A DNA stretch of 64,000 bases from Octopus vulgaris (GCA_951406725.2 OX597814.1:25420001-25484000), one strand, 5' to 3'; shown: positions 40,479 through 53,394, counted from the stretch's first letter. A program made the numbers and translations. The notes: generated by a model from the sequence alone, not told the origin.

Positions 40479-41168
40479 TATCTGTTCTGGGGTGAGTGGG
40501 GTAAGAGCAGTGACAAACACTAGAGTTATCACTTAGAAAAATAATTTGATTTATTTTGATGTTTCGGAGTGTCCTTCAGCTGTTAGTCCTGTTTCCTAGT
40601 TATCCACTTATTTTTGTGCTGTTATTAGCAGTTTTGAAAATTTGGAATGTTCAAAACATTTTTTTGAACATTTTGAATACAACAGTGGGGAGCCATGTCT
40701 TATGCTTTCTTTTTCTTTAAAAATCAATCCATGCTGTCATTGAAATAGTTTTCTTTTGCAATTTTCAATAATCATCTTGTTGATTACTTGTGTTTTTTTA
40801 TTTTTTTTTTGCCCTTTTCGAACTTCCCTGGCACTTTCTCTGTAAGTGCACATAGATCTTATAATTGTAAGCAGTTTCTCTCATAATGGTATGCAAATTA
40901 TTGGTCCTAGTTTTGGACATTAACATCTTTCTGTTTGTCCTTCATAACACGTTTTCTTTCTGATATTTTAGTTTCTTAGTGCACTTTTAAGTAGCTGTAG
41001 TTGACTTGCATTCTATTTCAAACACTTGATGCTGTCTTTTATATCTCTTCCATAAGGGTATTTACCTGCAAGTTCTTAATGTACCTGTTTTATTGGTAAT
41101 CTCTTTTGCTGCTACTTCTGCAACACTCTTGTATTGGTTATTTACTGCCAGGAGAGAAGTAATTGGTA

Positions 41169-41377
41169 CAGCACGCCGGGCAAAATGCTTAGCGGTATTT
41201 CGTCTGCGTTACGTTGTGAGTTCAAATTCCACCGAGGTCGACTTTGCCTTTCATCCTTTCGGGGTCGATAAATTAAGTACCAGTTACGAACTGGGGTCGA
41301 TGTAATCGACTTAATACCTATGTCTGTCCTTGTTTGTTCCCTCTGTGTTTAGCCCCTTGTGGGTAATAAAGAAATAG
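41169..41377 (+). mobile_element. SINE family A, young
   Basis: gagttcaaattccaccgaggtcgactttgcctttcatcctttcggggtcgataaattaagtaccag...aataaagaaata. Confidence 0.92.
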
Positions 41378-42632
41378 GTACATAGCTTATGATAGTGTTA
41401 ATTTCTCTCATTTTATTCTTTGCTATCTTTTTATCATATCCTCTAAGATTGGCAGGCTTCTCATTTCTATTTTGTTCAAGATGGTCTAAACGTTGTGAAT
41501 GCTTTCTCTGTGCATCCTTAACTTCAGCTTCACCATAGCTCTTTGTTTTCTGTTTCCTGTTTATTTTCTCTTTATTCTAAGTTTGATAGGTAGCACTATG
41601 CTTTATAGAGCATACCATGACAGACTGAGGAAAGTAAATAATATTCTTACACAAAAGAATAAGCTGAAACTGGAAAGAAGAAAAAGAAGGGATAAAGAAC
41701 AGTTAAATGTTCCTGTTAATAGATTTTCCTTGATTTCTTTTAAAACTATACTCGCTATAATTATACCATCATCATTTGTTTCAAAGTTTATTACTGAAGC
41801 AATATTATTATTGATGTCATTCATTTGCAAAAATGGAAGTGTTGTACTCCATGATTATCATTACATCTCTTATTTATTGGTTTCTCTCTTATATGTTCAA
41901 AAAAAAAAAGGAAAGAGAGAGAGAGAGAGAGATGGAGGTGAGTGGCTTAATCTTTGTTATTTTCTCAGAGACCTTTGGCTGCTATTTTAATACTATAAAG
42001 CAACTGCTCTTTTCAACTTCTGTGAACCAATAACAAACAGCAAAAATATGTTTCATTAAAATTATTTCCCTATTTTCCACCTTTCAATCTTATGTATTTC
42101 AAGAAGCTATTTTACAATTTCTTTTGATCTTTTAAATGTTAAAGTGATATTTTAAAGTCGGTGTCAAGGTAAATGATTGCATCTATGCTATGTCACTATT
42201 TATTTGAGAATGTTTTTACAATTATGTGGTCATGTTGCTGTAGTAGATCTTAATATGAAAGTGAAAAATTGTAAATGATGTGTACCTGGTATATGCTGTT
42301 GACAAATTCATGTGAAAGTGAAATAAAAATAGGCAATTCTGTTGTGGTGAAAAGGAAAAGATCCTAAAATAGAAGTGTTACAAGTCATTCAAAAGAGAAC
42401 TTGGGTAAAATGGGAACAACTCTACTTTTGAGGTATTTTATGAAATATAAAATGATAACTTCCCATTCCTAAGCTATCCTATTTCATAAATGTAAATATG
42501 CAATAATTCAGATATCACCCCAAATCTGAATTTCAAAATACTTTCTATCCCAAGAATTGCAGATGAAGCTTTATTAATTTTATTGACACCAAGTGTGTGT
42601 GTGTGTATGTGTGTGTGTGTGCATGTATGTTC

Positions 42633-42775
42633 AAATGCCTGACATATGACTCCCAAAGAGACTGTTATACAGCAAACTGGCAGAAGGCAAGTGTACGGAA
42701 GGGGGAAATAAAAAGCACTTTAAGGACACATTCAAAGCCTTACTGAAGAGCTTTGAGATCAACCTGGTCTGCTGG
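42633..42775 (+). mobile_element. RTE/BovB-like LINE C-terminal fragment
   Basis: MPDI*LPKRLLYSKLAEGKCTEGGNKKHFKDTFKALLKSFEI (cf. MPD.RLPKQLLYGEL..GKR..GGQKKRFKDTLK). Confidence 0.8.
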
Positions 42776-43096
42776 TAAATCCAAGTATAGTATTTACAAT
42801 GACTTCAAAGTTTCAGCCATTGTCAGACTGCGATGCATTGGAATTAATCTTGCATTTCGAATTAAAATATTCCTTGAGTGTGTGAGTGGAGTGGTAATCA
42901 GGTTTTAGGGTGGGTTATCATGGAGAGGTGTTTTGTAGAAATTTTTATTGATTAAATTTGGGGTTATGTTATTGCATAGAATTTATTCATGCATGTTTTT
43001 TTCCTAGGAGGTGGCACCTCTGTTGGTGCAGATTCACCAAGCAGGGTGTTCTTGAGCTTATGTTTACCTGCAGACCGGGTTGATCTCAAAGCTTCA

Positions 43097-43446
<350 letters not shown>

Positions 43447-44034
43447 ATCAAAATCACTATTCACTGAGCATCAAGCTATTAGGTCGTCAAGTATGAAATT
43501 TTTGTATATACAAGGCAATGACAGTTTCTACGGAACGCTTATGTTAAGAAGAAGCAAACACTACATGTTGTTAAATAACTTCCTTTTGAAATTCTCCCTG
43601 AAGAATACCCAGTTAACTGGTTTCGAATTTGAACTTTATTTCTGAAATTAAAGAATTGTGTATGGAAACAGCTGTAGGTAGGAATTTCTGTGTATGAATT
43701 TGATTGTTTTTAAATAAAACCATCTGTAAGTAAATTTTTATCCATTTTTTTCATTTTCTTATTTAAAAAGGTATATATATATATATATATATATGAAAGT
43801 TAAAAATAAAAAATTACATGTTGGGTATGTCCCTAGTAGTATACTGATAAAGCACGTTTACATACACTAGTTAATCTGAATGAACGAGATATAACTTATG
43901 TAATGCCATACATTATTACATCATCAACTGTGTAGTTTCCTACATGCGAGAGAGCGATGCAGGATGTGTCGAAACGATTTTTGTGATCAATAAAGTTTCC
44001 TGTGTATTCCACTTCTCGTCACTATTGTTTCTAA

Positions 44035-44054
44035 TATATATATATATACACATA

Positions 44055-44098
<44 letters not shown>

Positions 44099-44115
44099 CA
44101 TATGTATATATATAC

Positions 44116-44200
<85 letters not shown>
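44035..44200. repeat. (TA)n-rich array
   Basis: Seen directly. Confidence 0.95.
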
Positions 44201-44202
<2 letters not shown>

Positions 44203-44426
44203 ATAAAATATTAGGGAATAAATTCAAAATTATAGGGGAAAAATCAGATTTAGGATTGAATCCAATTTTATAGTAAAATATTATATTATATTAAATTAGA
44301 GATAAAACCACTATTAGGCAAATCAAACAATGAAAAACTTAAGTCAATACATAAAATTATTTCATTTATATTATTTTAAATATATATCAAAAGTATTAAA
44401 AGATTAATAAAAGATAACGATTAAAA

Positions 44427-44495
44427 CACTACGATCGTTTCATGGCTGTCCAATCCGTAATAATTCGAGTTATGGTTACAGTCAATCTTCAGGTG
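44427..44495 (-). ncRNA. Minimal type I hammerhead-ribozyme-like motif (left arm)
   Basis: Minus CAC-CTGAAGA-TTGACTGT...ACAGCCAT-GAAA-CGATCG-TA-GTG. Confidence 0.65.
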
Positions 44496-45425
44496 ATTGA
44501 AATATCTAAAATATAATCAGAAATATTTAAACAATATTTTAAAGATATAAATAATATAATAATTTTACTTATAATAAACTCTATTATCAAACTAGAAACA
44601 TAGAACTTAACAATTATGATTATATCAAAATCGACTATAATGTTAAATATTAATTTTAATTTATAAGGTAGGAAACCCACCCATAATCTAATATCGGTAT
44701 TAGTCTATATCTAATTACATAAATATTTAAAAATGACTAATATATATAAATTATCAATGAAAATATATAAATGTATATAAATATTATAATTAAGATCTAA
44801 AATAATCTCTATAAATAAATGTATATGCACATATAATAAAAACCTAATAAATTTAATTTTTCATATTTAAAGATGAAATAACTAATTTCAAAATACAAAT
44901 AAACAAACTTAAACGAACTTTCGGAAATCTTATGTAAAATACTTTTAGAAATAATCAATTCGTAGTAATATAGTATCGAATAAATACTATAAATACTATA
45001 AATATAATTATCAATGGAAATAACTAGCGAATATCAATTTAAAGAAATAACTAAATTAAAACAACGATATTTACATAAGGAGAATATTATTACTCCAAAG
45101 ACTTATACAATATTAAAATTTACAATTTGAAGATCTTAAATAAATACATACTTATCTTAACGAGGTTTAGCAATGAACTAAAATTTTGAATCGGAAAACG
45201 TCTTTACAGCGTTTATTAGAATACTCGTGGAATTACGTTATTAGCAAAAAAAAGAATAAATTGTTGAAGAATTCATTACGCGTGAGGAACCTACGTTTTA
45301 TTAATGATTGTGAAGTTCTATGTTTCTAGTTTGATAATAGAGTTTATTATAAGTAAAATTATTATATTATTTATATCTTAAGAATATTGTTTAAATATTT
45401 CTGATTATATTTTAGATATTTCAAT

Positions 45426-45494
45426 CACCTGAAGATTGACTGTAACCATAACTCGAATTATTACGGATTGGACAGCCACGAAACGATCGTAGTG
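45426..45494 (+). ncRNA. Minimal type I hammerhead-ribozyme-like motif (right arm)
   Basis: CAC-CTGAAGA-TTGACTGT-(28 nt)-ACAGCCAC-GAAA-CGATCG-TA-GTG: stem I CAC/GTG, intact CUGANGA and GAAA, palindromic stem III, GUA triplet. The stem II closing pair is non-canonical. Confidence 0.7.
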
Positions 45495-45625
45495 TTTTAA
45501 TCATTATCATTTATTAATCTTTTAATACTTTTGATATATATTTAAAATAATATAAATTAATTAATTTTATGTATTGGCTTAAGTTTTTCATTGTTTGATT
45601 TGCCTAATAGTGGTTTTATCTCTAA

Positions 45626-45668
<43 letters not shown>

Positions 45669-45734
45669 CATGAATGAATAAACAAGTGAGAGAAAATGGC
45701 AGTCAACACACTTGGCAGGAGGTACATATATTCT

Positions 45735-45948
45735 TTTATAATCTAGGCACAAAGCCCCAATTTTTTTGTGTGTGGGAGGTAGTCGATTAGATCGACCCCA
45801 ATACGCAACTGGTACTTAATTTATCGACCCCGAAAGGATGAAAGACAAAGTAGACCTCGACGTAATTTGAACTCAGAACGTAAAGACAGACGAAATACCG
45901 CTAAGCATTTTGCCTGGCGTGTTCACGTTTCTACCAGCTCACTGCCCT
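45735..45948 (-). mobile_element. SINE family A
   Basis: ctggtacttaatttatcgaccccgaaaggatgaaag...tttgaactcagaacg; CpGs retained. Confidence 0.9.
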
Positions 45949-46437
45949 AGGAAGTTCGTATATTATTTAATAATTCTTTGATTTGGCTCCATACAATTTC
46001 AAATGAATATGGCATATGAAACTCATACAACCAAATTCATTCCCGCACGCCTGATGAGTTACGTCCGTTTGATGAGACTACATAACTTGAATTTACATAA
46101 TATTGAATCCAACTAGTATTCAGCATACACCCACACTATATATATATAGTGTGGGTGTTATATATATATATTATAAACACATTAACGCATTCACATAAAT
46201 ACATACACGCACATATACATATCTATGTATATTTATATATGTGTGTAAATGTCTGCTTTAGATAATTTTTTCCCATGCCAAAATGATGCAAGTAATAAAA
46301 TGAATAGTAACGGTTGATTACCTAGTAGTTACCCAGAAATTTAATATTTCAGGGTTAAAACCCCTTCAAGAAATTTTTGCTTTAAAAAAATCTAAGGCAT
46401 TAATACATATCAGACAATGCTTCATGAAAAGCTATAC

Positions 46438-46472
<35 letters not shown>

Positions 46473-46486
46473 TGTATGTATGTATG

Positions 46487-46518
<32 letters not shown>

Positions 46519-47055
46519 ATGTCATAAATACATTTTGACTAATGCATAAAATGTACTGTCTTTATAGACTGTACATATTTCAATTCATACTCTCTCTCTC
46601 ACACACACGCTATCATATTCCTTAAAGATCTTGTGACTAACGGTATCTTTCTAACCTTTCATGTATTAATAAGCTGAAGCTTTGAATTTTTCTCTTTTTC
46701 TTGTCGTGTGAACATGAATTATGAATAATTTGGACATCTACAATTTAATATATATGTTTTTATTTGTTCACTTCTCATGGCCAACAGTTGTAGAAAAGTT
46801 CTATTTTTCCTTTCTTTCGTTTTCTGCCAATCCATATAATTATCTTAATCTATCATTGCAAAACACATAGCAAAAAAAAGAAATAGCTCAAAACTAATTA
46901 AAAATTGTCATATTGGTTTAATGTATAAAATGAAAATTTATTGCTCCCATCTTAGAAAGACATATCTGAACAGTAATTTTCGAACTACTACTACTGCTGC
47001 TGCTACTACTACTCTTTTTCTTGTGAATAGTTTCGTTTCACGAAACTTTGCTTAC

Positions 47056-47350
47056 AAGACATTTTCTTCTAGGTTTTGCTTCATGATAATGATTATTTTT
47101 ATTTTCTTTTTACTTTACTAACACAAGTTTCGTCCTTTGACATTTATATTGTATACACCTTTGAGCAAACAGGTTTTTAGGTTTGTTTATTAGTGCTATA
47201 GTATCACCATCTCCGGATTGCGGAAAAAAGGTACTATTCATAATGTTCGTATCAGCGAATACGCCCCCAACATTTCCGAACACGAAAATAAATTTTTGAA
47301 AAACAGCACCCCCACCCCGAAAAAAGACAATTAAATAAACTGACGCAAGT
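47056..47350 (-). promoter_or_regulatory. Candidate promoter and first exon (unverified)
   Basis: Unique CpG-rich stretch with TGACGCAA at 47341. On minus, ATG AAG CAA AAC CTA GAA GAA AAT GTC TT|GTAAGC (47084-47056). Confidence 0.25.
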
Positions 47351-47639
47351 GTAAGTAATCAAAATTTGACAAATTTAAATGAACTCAACTAAAGCATAAA
47401 GAACGACAGTAACTTAGCTTTGGTTTGCATTGCAAACTAAATGGAAATGTTGGACATCAGTTAATTCCAAATAGTGAAAAAGCAAGGAACACGGAATAGA
47501 TACGTCACAAATGGGTGTCTCCTAGCTCCAGAAATGTGTCAGCATACAGCTGTTTTTCAAAAACAAATGTACGCGAATCCATATGCTACTGATAGAAAAA
47601 TAGAAGCTTTGGCTAACATGTGCATGGACATATCCCTGC

Positions 47640-48100
47640 ATCAATTAGAGCAAAGCATATGACTGAAAGCGTCACTGATTTTCAAGGCAGAGAAACAAGA
47701 ATGAAGAGAGGTACTGTACATGTCCAATTCACGAGAAACAGGAATACAATTGCCATGGCCAGGTGTATTAATGGTGATATTTAACTTTGAATTGCCATAA
47801 GCTTTGTAGCATAGTACGAACTTGTGATACAAACGTCAGACATGTAACAAAATGTGGTTAGATGGAGTATGCTTTAACATTCAGATTCTTGTGGTCTCAG
47901 AAGAATACAGGACTATCTGGGAGTTGTACCTAGTGACGTAGAGGAAAAGGAGTCATTCTCAGTGGTGGCTCAGGCAAGAAAGCTTTGTTGCTATACGTGT
48001 TTTGGTAAGGGACGCCCAAAGAACATTCTGGCCACAGGAAGAGGAAACGAAAGGAAAAAAATCAGGTGGTAGTCAACAGCACAGATAAAAAAGACAACAA
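47640..48100 (+). mobile_element. Possible degenerate non-LTR ORF1 zinc-knuckle relic
   Basis: VVAQARKLCCYTCFGKGRPK at ~47960-48020 resembles C-x2-C-x3-GH; the surrounding frame is broken. Confidence 0.3.
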
Positions 48101-48361
48101 AGGGTAGGCTTCAGACGATTGTACCTGCGCTACTGCTGTTTTCGAATAACTATAAGTCACAGTTCCTGCAGCAAATAACGAATGGAGAAAGGAAATCATA
48201 TCATCTTCAGGGTCTATAAGCAGCAGAGGTGATAGAAATCGTTAAGCCAACGAGTCTTTTACTCCAGCTCAGGACTACACAGCTTGCGGGTATTGAGAAG
48301 AGATGGAGAAAGACGGTAAACTGCTGAGGATAATAAGAAAAGAAAGAGAAAAGCTTGCAAG

Positions 48362-49888
48362 AGTTCAGTGCGAGATATAATAGCAGGAACTCCATCGGAT
48401 ATGACTTACGAAATCTCCGGCATAACTATCCTCTGCTGAGAGTAAATTTCGCACACTCTTGTAGGATGAGCATCTCGGGGACCGAACCCCCACCCAGTTT
48501 TGCGACGAATCCGAGAGTTGTCCGATAGCTCATATGAGGGACAAGCATTTGTCAAACAATTATGTTTCTCGAGGATGCCTTCTAATGTCCAGTCGATTTC
48601 AGTTTCTCTAAAAGAACACACAGCCCTTGCACAACTCGCCGCCTCCGCAGACGGGATTATGAATTTTCTAGCTCACCATCCTCCTCAGATAACCTTGTCG
48701 CTTCTTCATCTTCCTCTCAAGATTCTACTTCTGCTCCGGACGACATGCAATCCGCTGAAATCTTGCGGGCTATCGCAGAACTGACCAGTCAGGTTTCACG
48801 CATGTACAGGAACCGTTCGTCTTCAAGGGATCATTCCGCAGAGAAGGCCAGGCGCCGCTCCTTCTCGCGCACACGCGCACTTCCTGGTCCCTCAATCTGC
48901 TGGTACCACATGAAGTTCAAGGACCAGGCCGAGAAATGTACACAGCTCTGCTCTTACTCTCCTCAAGGAAACAAGGCAGGAAGACATTGGGCATGTCAGT
49001 CGTCTCCCCCATTGATTCACTTTACCGTACATTCATTATCAGAGATGCCAATTCTTCAAAGTCCTTTATGGTGAATAAGGGTGCCAGCTTAAGTATTTGG
49101 CCTCGAAGGTTTATGTCCACCATTCCTGGTCTTTCGGACATCTCTCTCTCTAGAGATCAGTAAAAGAAAGACACCCAGATAACGCTGTCTCCGACAAAAT
49201 CGCACCGAAAGTGTTCACTGTGGACAGTCACGGAGAAAAAGAGACTGTCTCTATCGACAGAGTAAAAAATGCATTTTCCGAAACATTTATGCCACTTACT
49301 GACACACCCATCATTCCACAAACACTGCCACCCTATCCCTACAAGCACCACTTCCACTCACCAAAATACCAACTATACAAACGCATTCTTCACCTTACAG
49401 GACACGTTCTGGCAGATCGGTTCATTAGTCGAAGAAATTGTCTCACACTATTTACATTTCTTAACTTTGCTTCGTCAGTGACTGTTCTGGAGAATAGACT
49501 TATGCTACTAAAGACACTGCATTCATATTTTCTCTCTTTCCGTATCATTGCACATATGTGCTTTGTTCTATTTGATTGGGCACCTTTCTTTGCTGAACGT
49601 TTTCCTTGTACATATTTGCATTGTATTTTTTCAATTGTTCACACAACTGTTTTGCCATGATTCATCCTTCTGTGTCTTCCTTGTGCACACTCCGCCTACC
49701 CCACTATTAATCAACCGCTTCCGGTCTAAGAGGGGGCCTCTGTAGGCGCAGTTTCCTCCTTCCCCCTTGACAGCGGGTTAAATAAGCTGGCTATACATAT
49801 AGAGGACGTTATGCAACATTAAGGGTTCAGACACTCGTCTCTTCCTCTTTCTGCACTGGGACGCGAGCGGTGAAGATGTGACCTGACT

Positions 49889-49934
<46 letters not shown>

Positions 49935-50057
49935 CCACACGCCAGCTTGCAGATAAGAGCAAAGCACAGAAGACCATGGCCTCTACACACCAACCTTTCT
50001 ATTTATCATTCCATTGTGTATATACGTCTGGCCACAATAAACGCATTTAAAGTTACA
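48362..50057 (+). mobile_element. Internally deleted, 5'-truncated Ty3/Gypsy element, CsRn1-like clade
   Basis: gag: VRDIIAGTPSDMTYE, LGDRTPTQFLRRIREL, LAQLAASADGIM, CWYHMKFKDQAEKCTQLC (CsRn1-type Cys/His motif). Decayed protease FMVNKGASLSIWP. Integrase C-terminus KVFTVDSHGEKETVSIDRVKNAF. PPT and LTR follow. Confidence 0.88.
49741..50057 (+). repeat. 3' LTR (317 bp, TGTA...TACA) preceded by polypurine tract AAGAGGGGG (49728-49736)
   Basis: TG...CA inverted termini, internal (CT)n, AATAAA at 50036-50041. Confidence 0.85.
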
Positions 50058-50544
50058 ACCTAGTTCATATGTTCTTCATCCGAGTCTTCTACGAAATGTG
50101 ATTACAGCTTTCTGAGTGAGTCATATTAGGTGGTTCAACAACAACCTATCCATCTATAGTTGGAAACCATTCGAATGAGTAAAAAAAATGGACATCATAT
50201 ATAAATTTACATAGTATACAAATAATAAATAAAGATAATACAGTCCTCCTGACACAAGAAAACCTCATCAATGAGCCAATCGAAAATCACAGATCGAATG
50301 TCACCTTAAAAATCAGGTAGCGGTATCATCTTCAATTGACGTGCTCCAACCTACAAGCGATCCTGTTCACTGTTCTTTTTTTTCGCAAGTCTCATCTTCA
50401 TTTGAGTAAATTCACTTGAAGACAGAACCTCTCTTCCCATCCTTACCTTTTCTTGCTATGAAAAAGTCGATGAGGGTTCAACTAACAACAAGCGTCCGTT
50501 CTCAGAAATTTGAACAACACCTACCACTCATCCTCTTTCGAAAT

Positions 50545-50765
50545 ATATTTCTTTACTACCCACAAGGGGCTAAACACAGAGGGGGAAAACAAGGACAGAC
50601 GAACGGATTAAGTCGATTATATCGACCCCAGTGCGTAATTGGTACTTAATTTATCGACCCCGAAAGGATGAAAGGCAAAGTCGACCTCGGCGGAATTTGA
50701 ACCCAGAACGTAACGGCAGACGAAATACGGCTACGCACTTCGCCCGGCGCGCTAACGATTCTGCC
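50545..50765 (-). mobile_element. SINE family A, young, CpG-intact
   Basis: ttatcgaccccgaaaggatgaaaggcaaagtcgacctcggcggaatttgaacc. Confidence 0.92.
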
Positions 50766-51099
50766 AAAATAGCCAGTATACGGTCGAAATCAGATTTTCC
50801 TGCACAGCTAACGGTATGCGACAATGGTTCATCATGACTGACTGAACCAAGAACCAAGTCTGTGCCACATGCGACTGTAGCAATTAAACATAACTCCACA
50901 AATCAGCAAAGCCTGGATACTCAGCAAGTGCGTGAAAAATAGTTTCGTCACTTTTGCACGCATACTGGACAATTCAATCTAACGGCAACTGAAGTAAAAT
51001 TATTAGAATTAAGATTTATAATTTAACATAAAGTAAATATTTGGACACGGTATAAATGAATGCAATGCAACAGTCATCTTAGGTTTTAGTTTAAGATGT

Positions 51100-53220
51100 T
51101 AAAATACTGTAAGGTTGGAGAAGGCGTAATTTGTAGCAAACATTATTTATTAGTCTTGTAGGCAAGTGATAAATGAATCGTTGTTTAACAGAAGAAGCAG
51201 TTCAAAAGGAATGAAAAGCACGAGAAGAGGGAGAAAGAAAGGAATGGGCTGAGAAGTGATCAGAAGCAAGTAGAATCGGGGAGATGGATGTAGGCGAGTG
51301 AAGAATGCAAGAAAGATAAAAAGAAAGAGAATGAGAATGGTATGTGAGATGTTTTGAAACAATATCGATAGTCAACAAATGGCTGCATGCTAATTAACTT
51401 GATCGAGATGACATGAAAAATGTAAAGAACTTATGTTAGAGTTAACTTTTATTGTGAAGTAAGGTGATGAATGTATAGTACGTGCTAAGGCAGTCATGAT
51501 GTGTAAGAAAATTGATAAATGAATGATTGATAAATTATTAGAAGGTTCAGTTATCTTGTTATTCAAAATACAAAAATACGAAGTGAGGAATATTGTCTGA
51601 GCACTAAATCCTACGTTTTGTAGTATGGCCATTAAAGGTACTACGGGGCGAGGGAAGATAATGTAAATTATGTACTGCTGGAGGGGAAATAGGGTTAATG
51701 GCAATGTAAAAATAGTTTTAGTGCAAAAATAAAAATGTAAATAATGAAAATGGGTCACGAATGGTATATTGATGATGTGTAAGCCACTAGAACATATATA
51801 GTTAGCTAGCCACACACAAACACACACACACGCACACACACACACAGGTATATATATGTATAAACTACGTGTTTCGTGGTTCATGTGTACAGAGAGGCTG
51901 GGGATGATGCTGGAGTGGACTGGAACTGAAAACGGTGTCTGAGATCAGTCAAAAGATATGGGTGTAGAAGAGGCTAAAGTTGACTAAGATGTAAAGGATT
52001 GATAGTGAGTATGGTGATGTTAAATGGAACAAATAGATACTAAGACTACTATAATGACAGCATAATTAATAATGATACAAAGTGGTTCAACTTAAGTAAT
52101 TCTTCCTTTAAAGTTTATTACATTCTTTGTAGCAGTAAGCAGTGTGACCTGTAAATATGTGTCCATTATTGAAAGACTTACATTATTTACCTAAGTTATC
52201 TAAGACAACTTAGTTTAGTGTGGTTTGACATCCTATGTATGTAATTTATCACCGTGTTTAGGTTGTGAAAAGGTTATTAGAGAGAATTAGAGAAGTCACC
52301 AGTGATATCACGAAATTCTGCAGTTTCAAGTCGGTTGCTAAGTTTTAAGAATTTTAAAGAAGTGGTGGTGGTCCTTTTGGTAGAATCAGTGTTGCAGACT
52401 TTAAGGTGTAGAAAGCTGTCATCCTTATATAATCTACCTTGTAAAAACGGAAATTTTAAAATTTTAAACTCGCGAGTAGTATTATCCAACATTGTTGCTG
52501 ACCTCTACAAAGTAATTTTCTCCCAAGTGGAACATCAGAAGATTTTTGGAGTCACATGAGAGACTTCCAAACTAGTAAGATAACATATGTTTCCCCCTTG
52601 CTAGGTTCGTAGTTCTATTATGGCTGAAGGCCTTAATCAGAAATAGTTTTATAATTAAAACATAGCCTTCTTTAATATTGCATTGCAGTAATTTGGAGTT
52701 GTGTTAAGATGTGATTTGAAGTTGGTTGTACGTTGTTTCACAGCGTTTCAACAGATGCCTTCTTAAGTTTAGGTAAGAGTATATCCAGGATTTGTTTTGT
52801 TAATAATGCCTAAGTCGATTTAACAAGGGTAATGAGTCTGATCTAGAGATTACAGTTACTTTTGTTTTTGATAATCATGGAGTGGGATTGCCAAGACGTT
52901 AGTAGTTGTGTTCTGTGTATATATTGCAGTGAAAAACCATAATGTATCTGTGGGGTTGATGATAGTGAGTGTATCCAAGAGATTTTCTTCTATGTACAGG
53001 TGATTGAATTTGAAATGAAGCCACAATACAAACTTTATACACCTTATACTCTTTCTTGGTCTTCCTGCATGCACATATATTGAGCTGAACTTTCTACTAT
53101 TTTTAATTTTCTTCTTTGAGTAAATTCAATGTATCTAAATATAATAAAATAGTATAGATTCCTGTGTGTTGGTTTTGATTGTTTTGTATCTAACTTGTTA
53201 GGTTTTCTCATTCTCAAATG
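51100..53220 (-). mobile_element. Possible old LINE (I/Jockey-like ORF1 plus AP endonuclease) relic
   Basis: Strong strand asymmetry. Minus LPSPRSTFNGHT near 51625-51657 (cf. LP.P....GDFNAH) followed by CILNNK (cf. LCILNDG). Heavily decayed. Confidence 0.3.
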
Positions 53221-53326
53221 TAACACTGAAAAAAATCAAAAGACAAAATGAATCATCACCTCAAAATGAATACACACACACACTCATATTTGGCATTATC
53301 TTCAACCATATACATACACACACGTG

Positions 53327-53394
<68 letters not shown>

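Larger units (their letters stand above)
39490..41560 (-). mobile_element. Second degenerate R4/Dong-clade retrotransposon (RT region), interrupted by two SINEs
   Basis: Minus-strand remnants in order: EELQK*QQKRLPIKQ / KEITNKTGTL (~41080-41130), an RPITC-like segment (~40890), AWIDFK..KA*DMAPH (~40690-40735; cf. AWIDYKKAYDMVPH), LVFVTALTPLT (~40495-40525), KLYGK (~40010), NSKFNGIN (~39720-39740), KALHIQACVDSL (~39600-39635). Confidence 0.75.
44201..45634. mobile_element. Penelope-like element derivative: ~328-bp inverted repeats (44287-44614, 45307-45634) around an AT-rich spacer, bounded by (TA)n on both sides
   Basis: Arms differ at about 9 positions by eye, and each carries a hammerhead-like motif. 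No ORF recognised. Confidence 0.7.

Noticed and set aside
41523-41547. Near-identical 25-mer shared with ~43092-43116 (cttcag.ttcaccatagctctttgt)
   Set aside because: Similarity does not extend on either side and the two contexts appear to be different elements; left unexplained, possibly chance.
48500-49660. ORFs 48500-48784, 48745-49074, 48936-49163 and 49211-49660 as host genes
   Set aside because: They are frameshifted pieces of Gypsy gag, protease and integrase.
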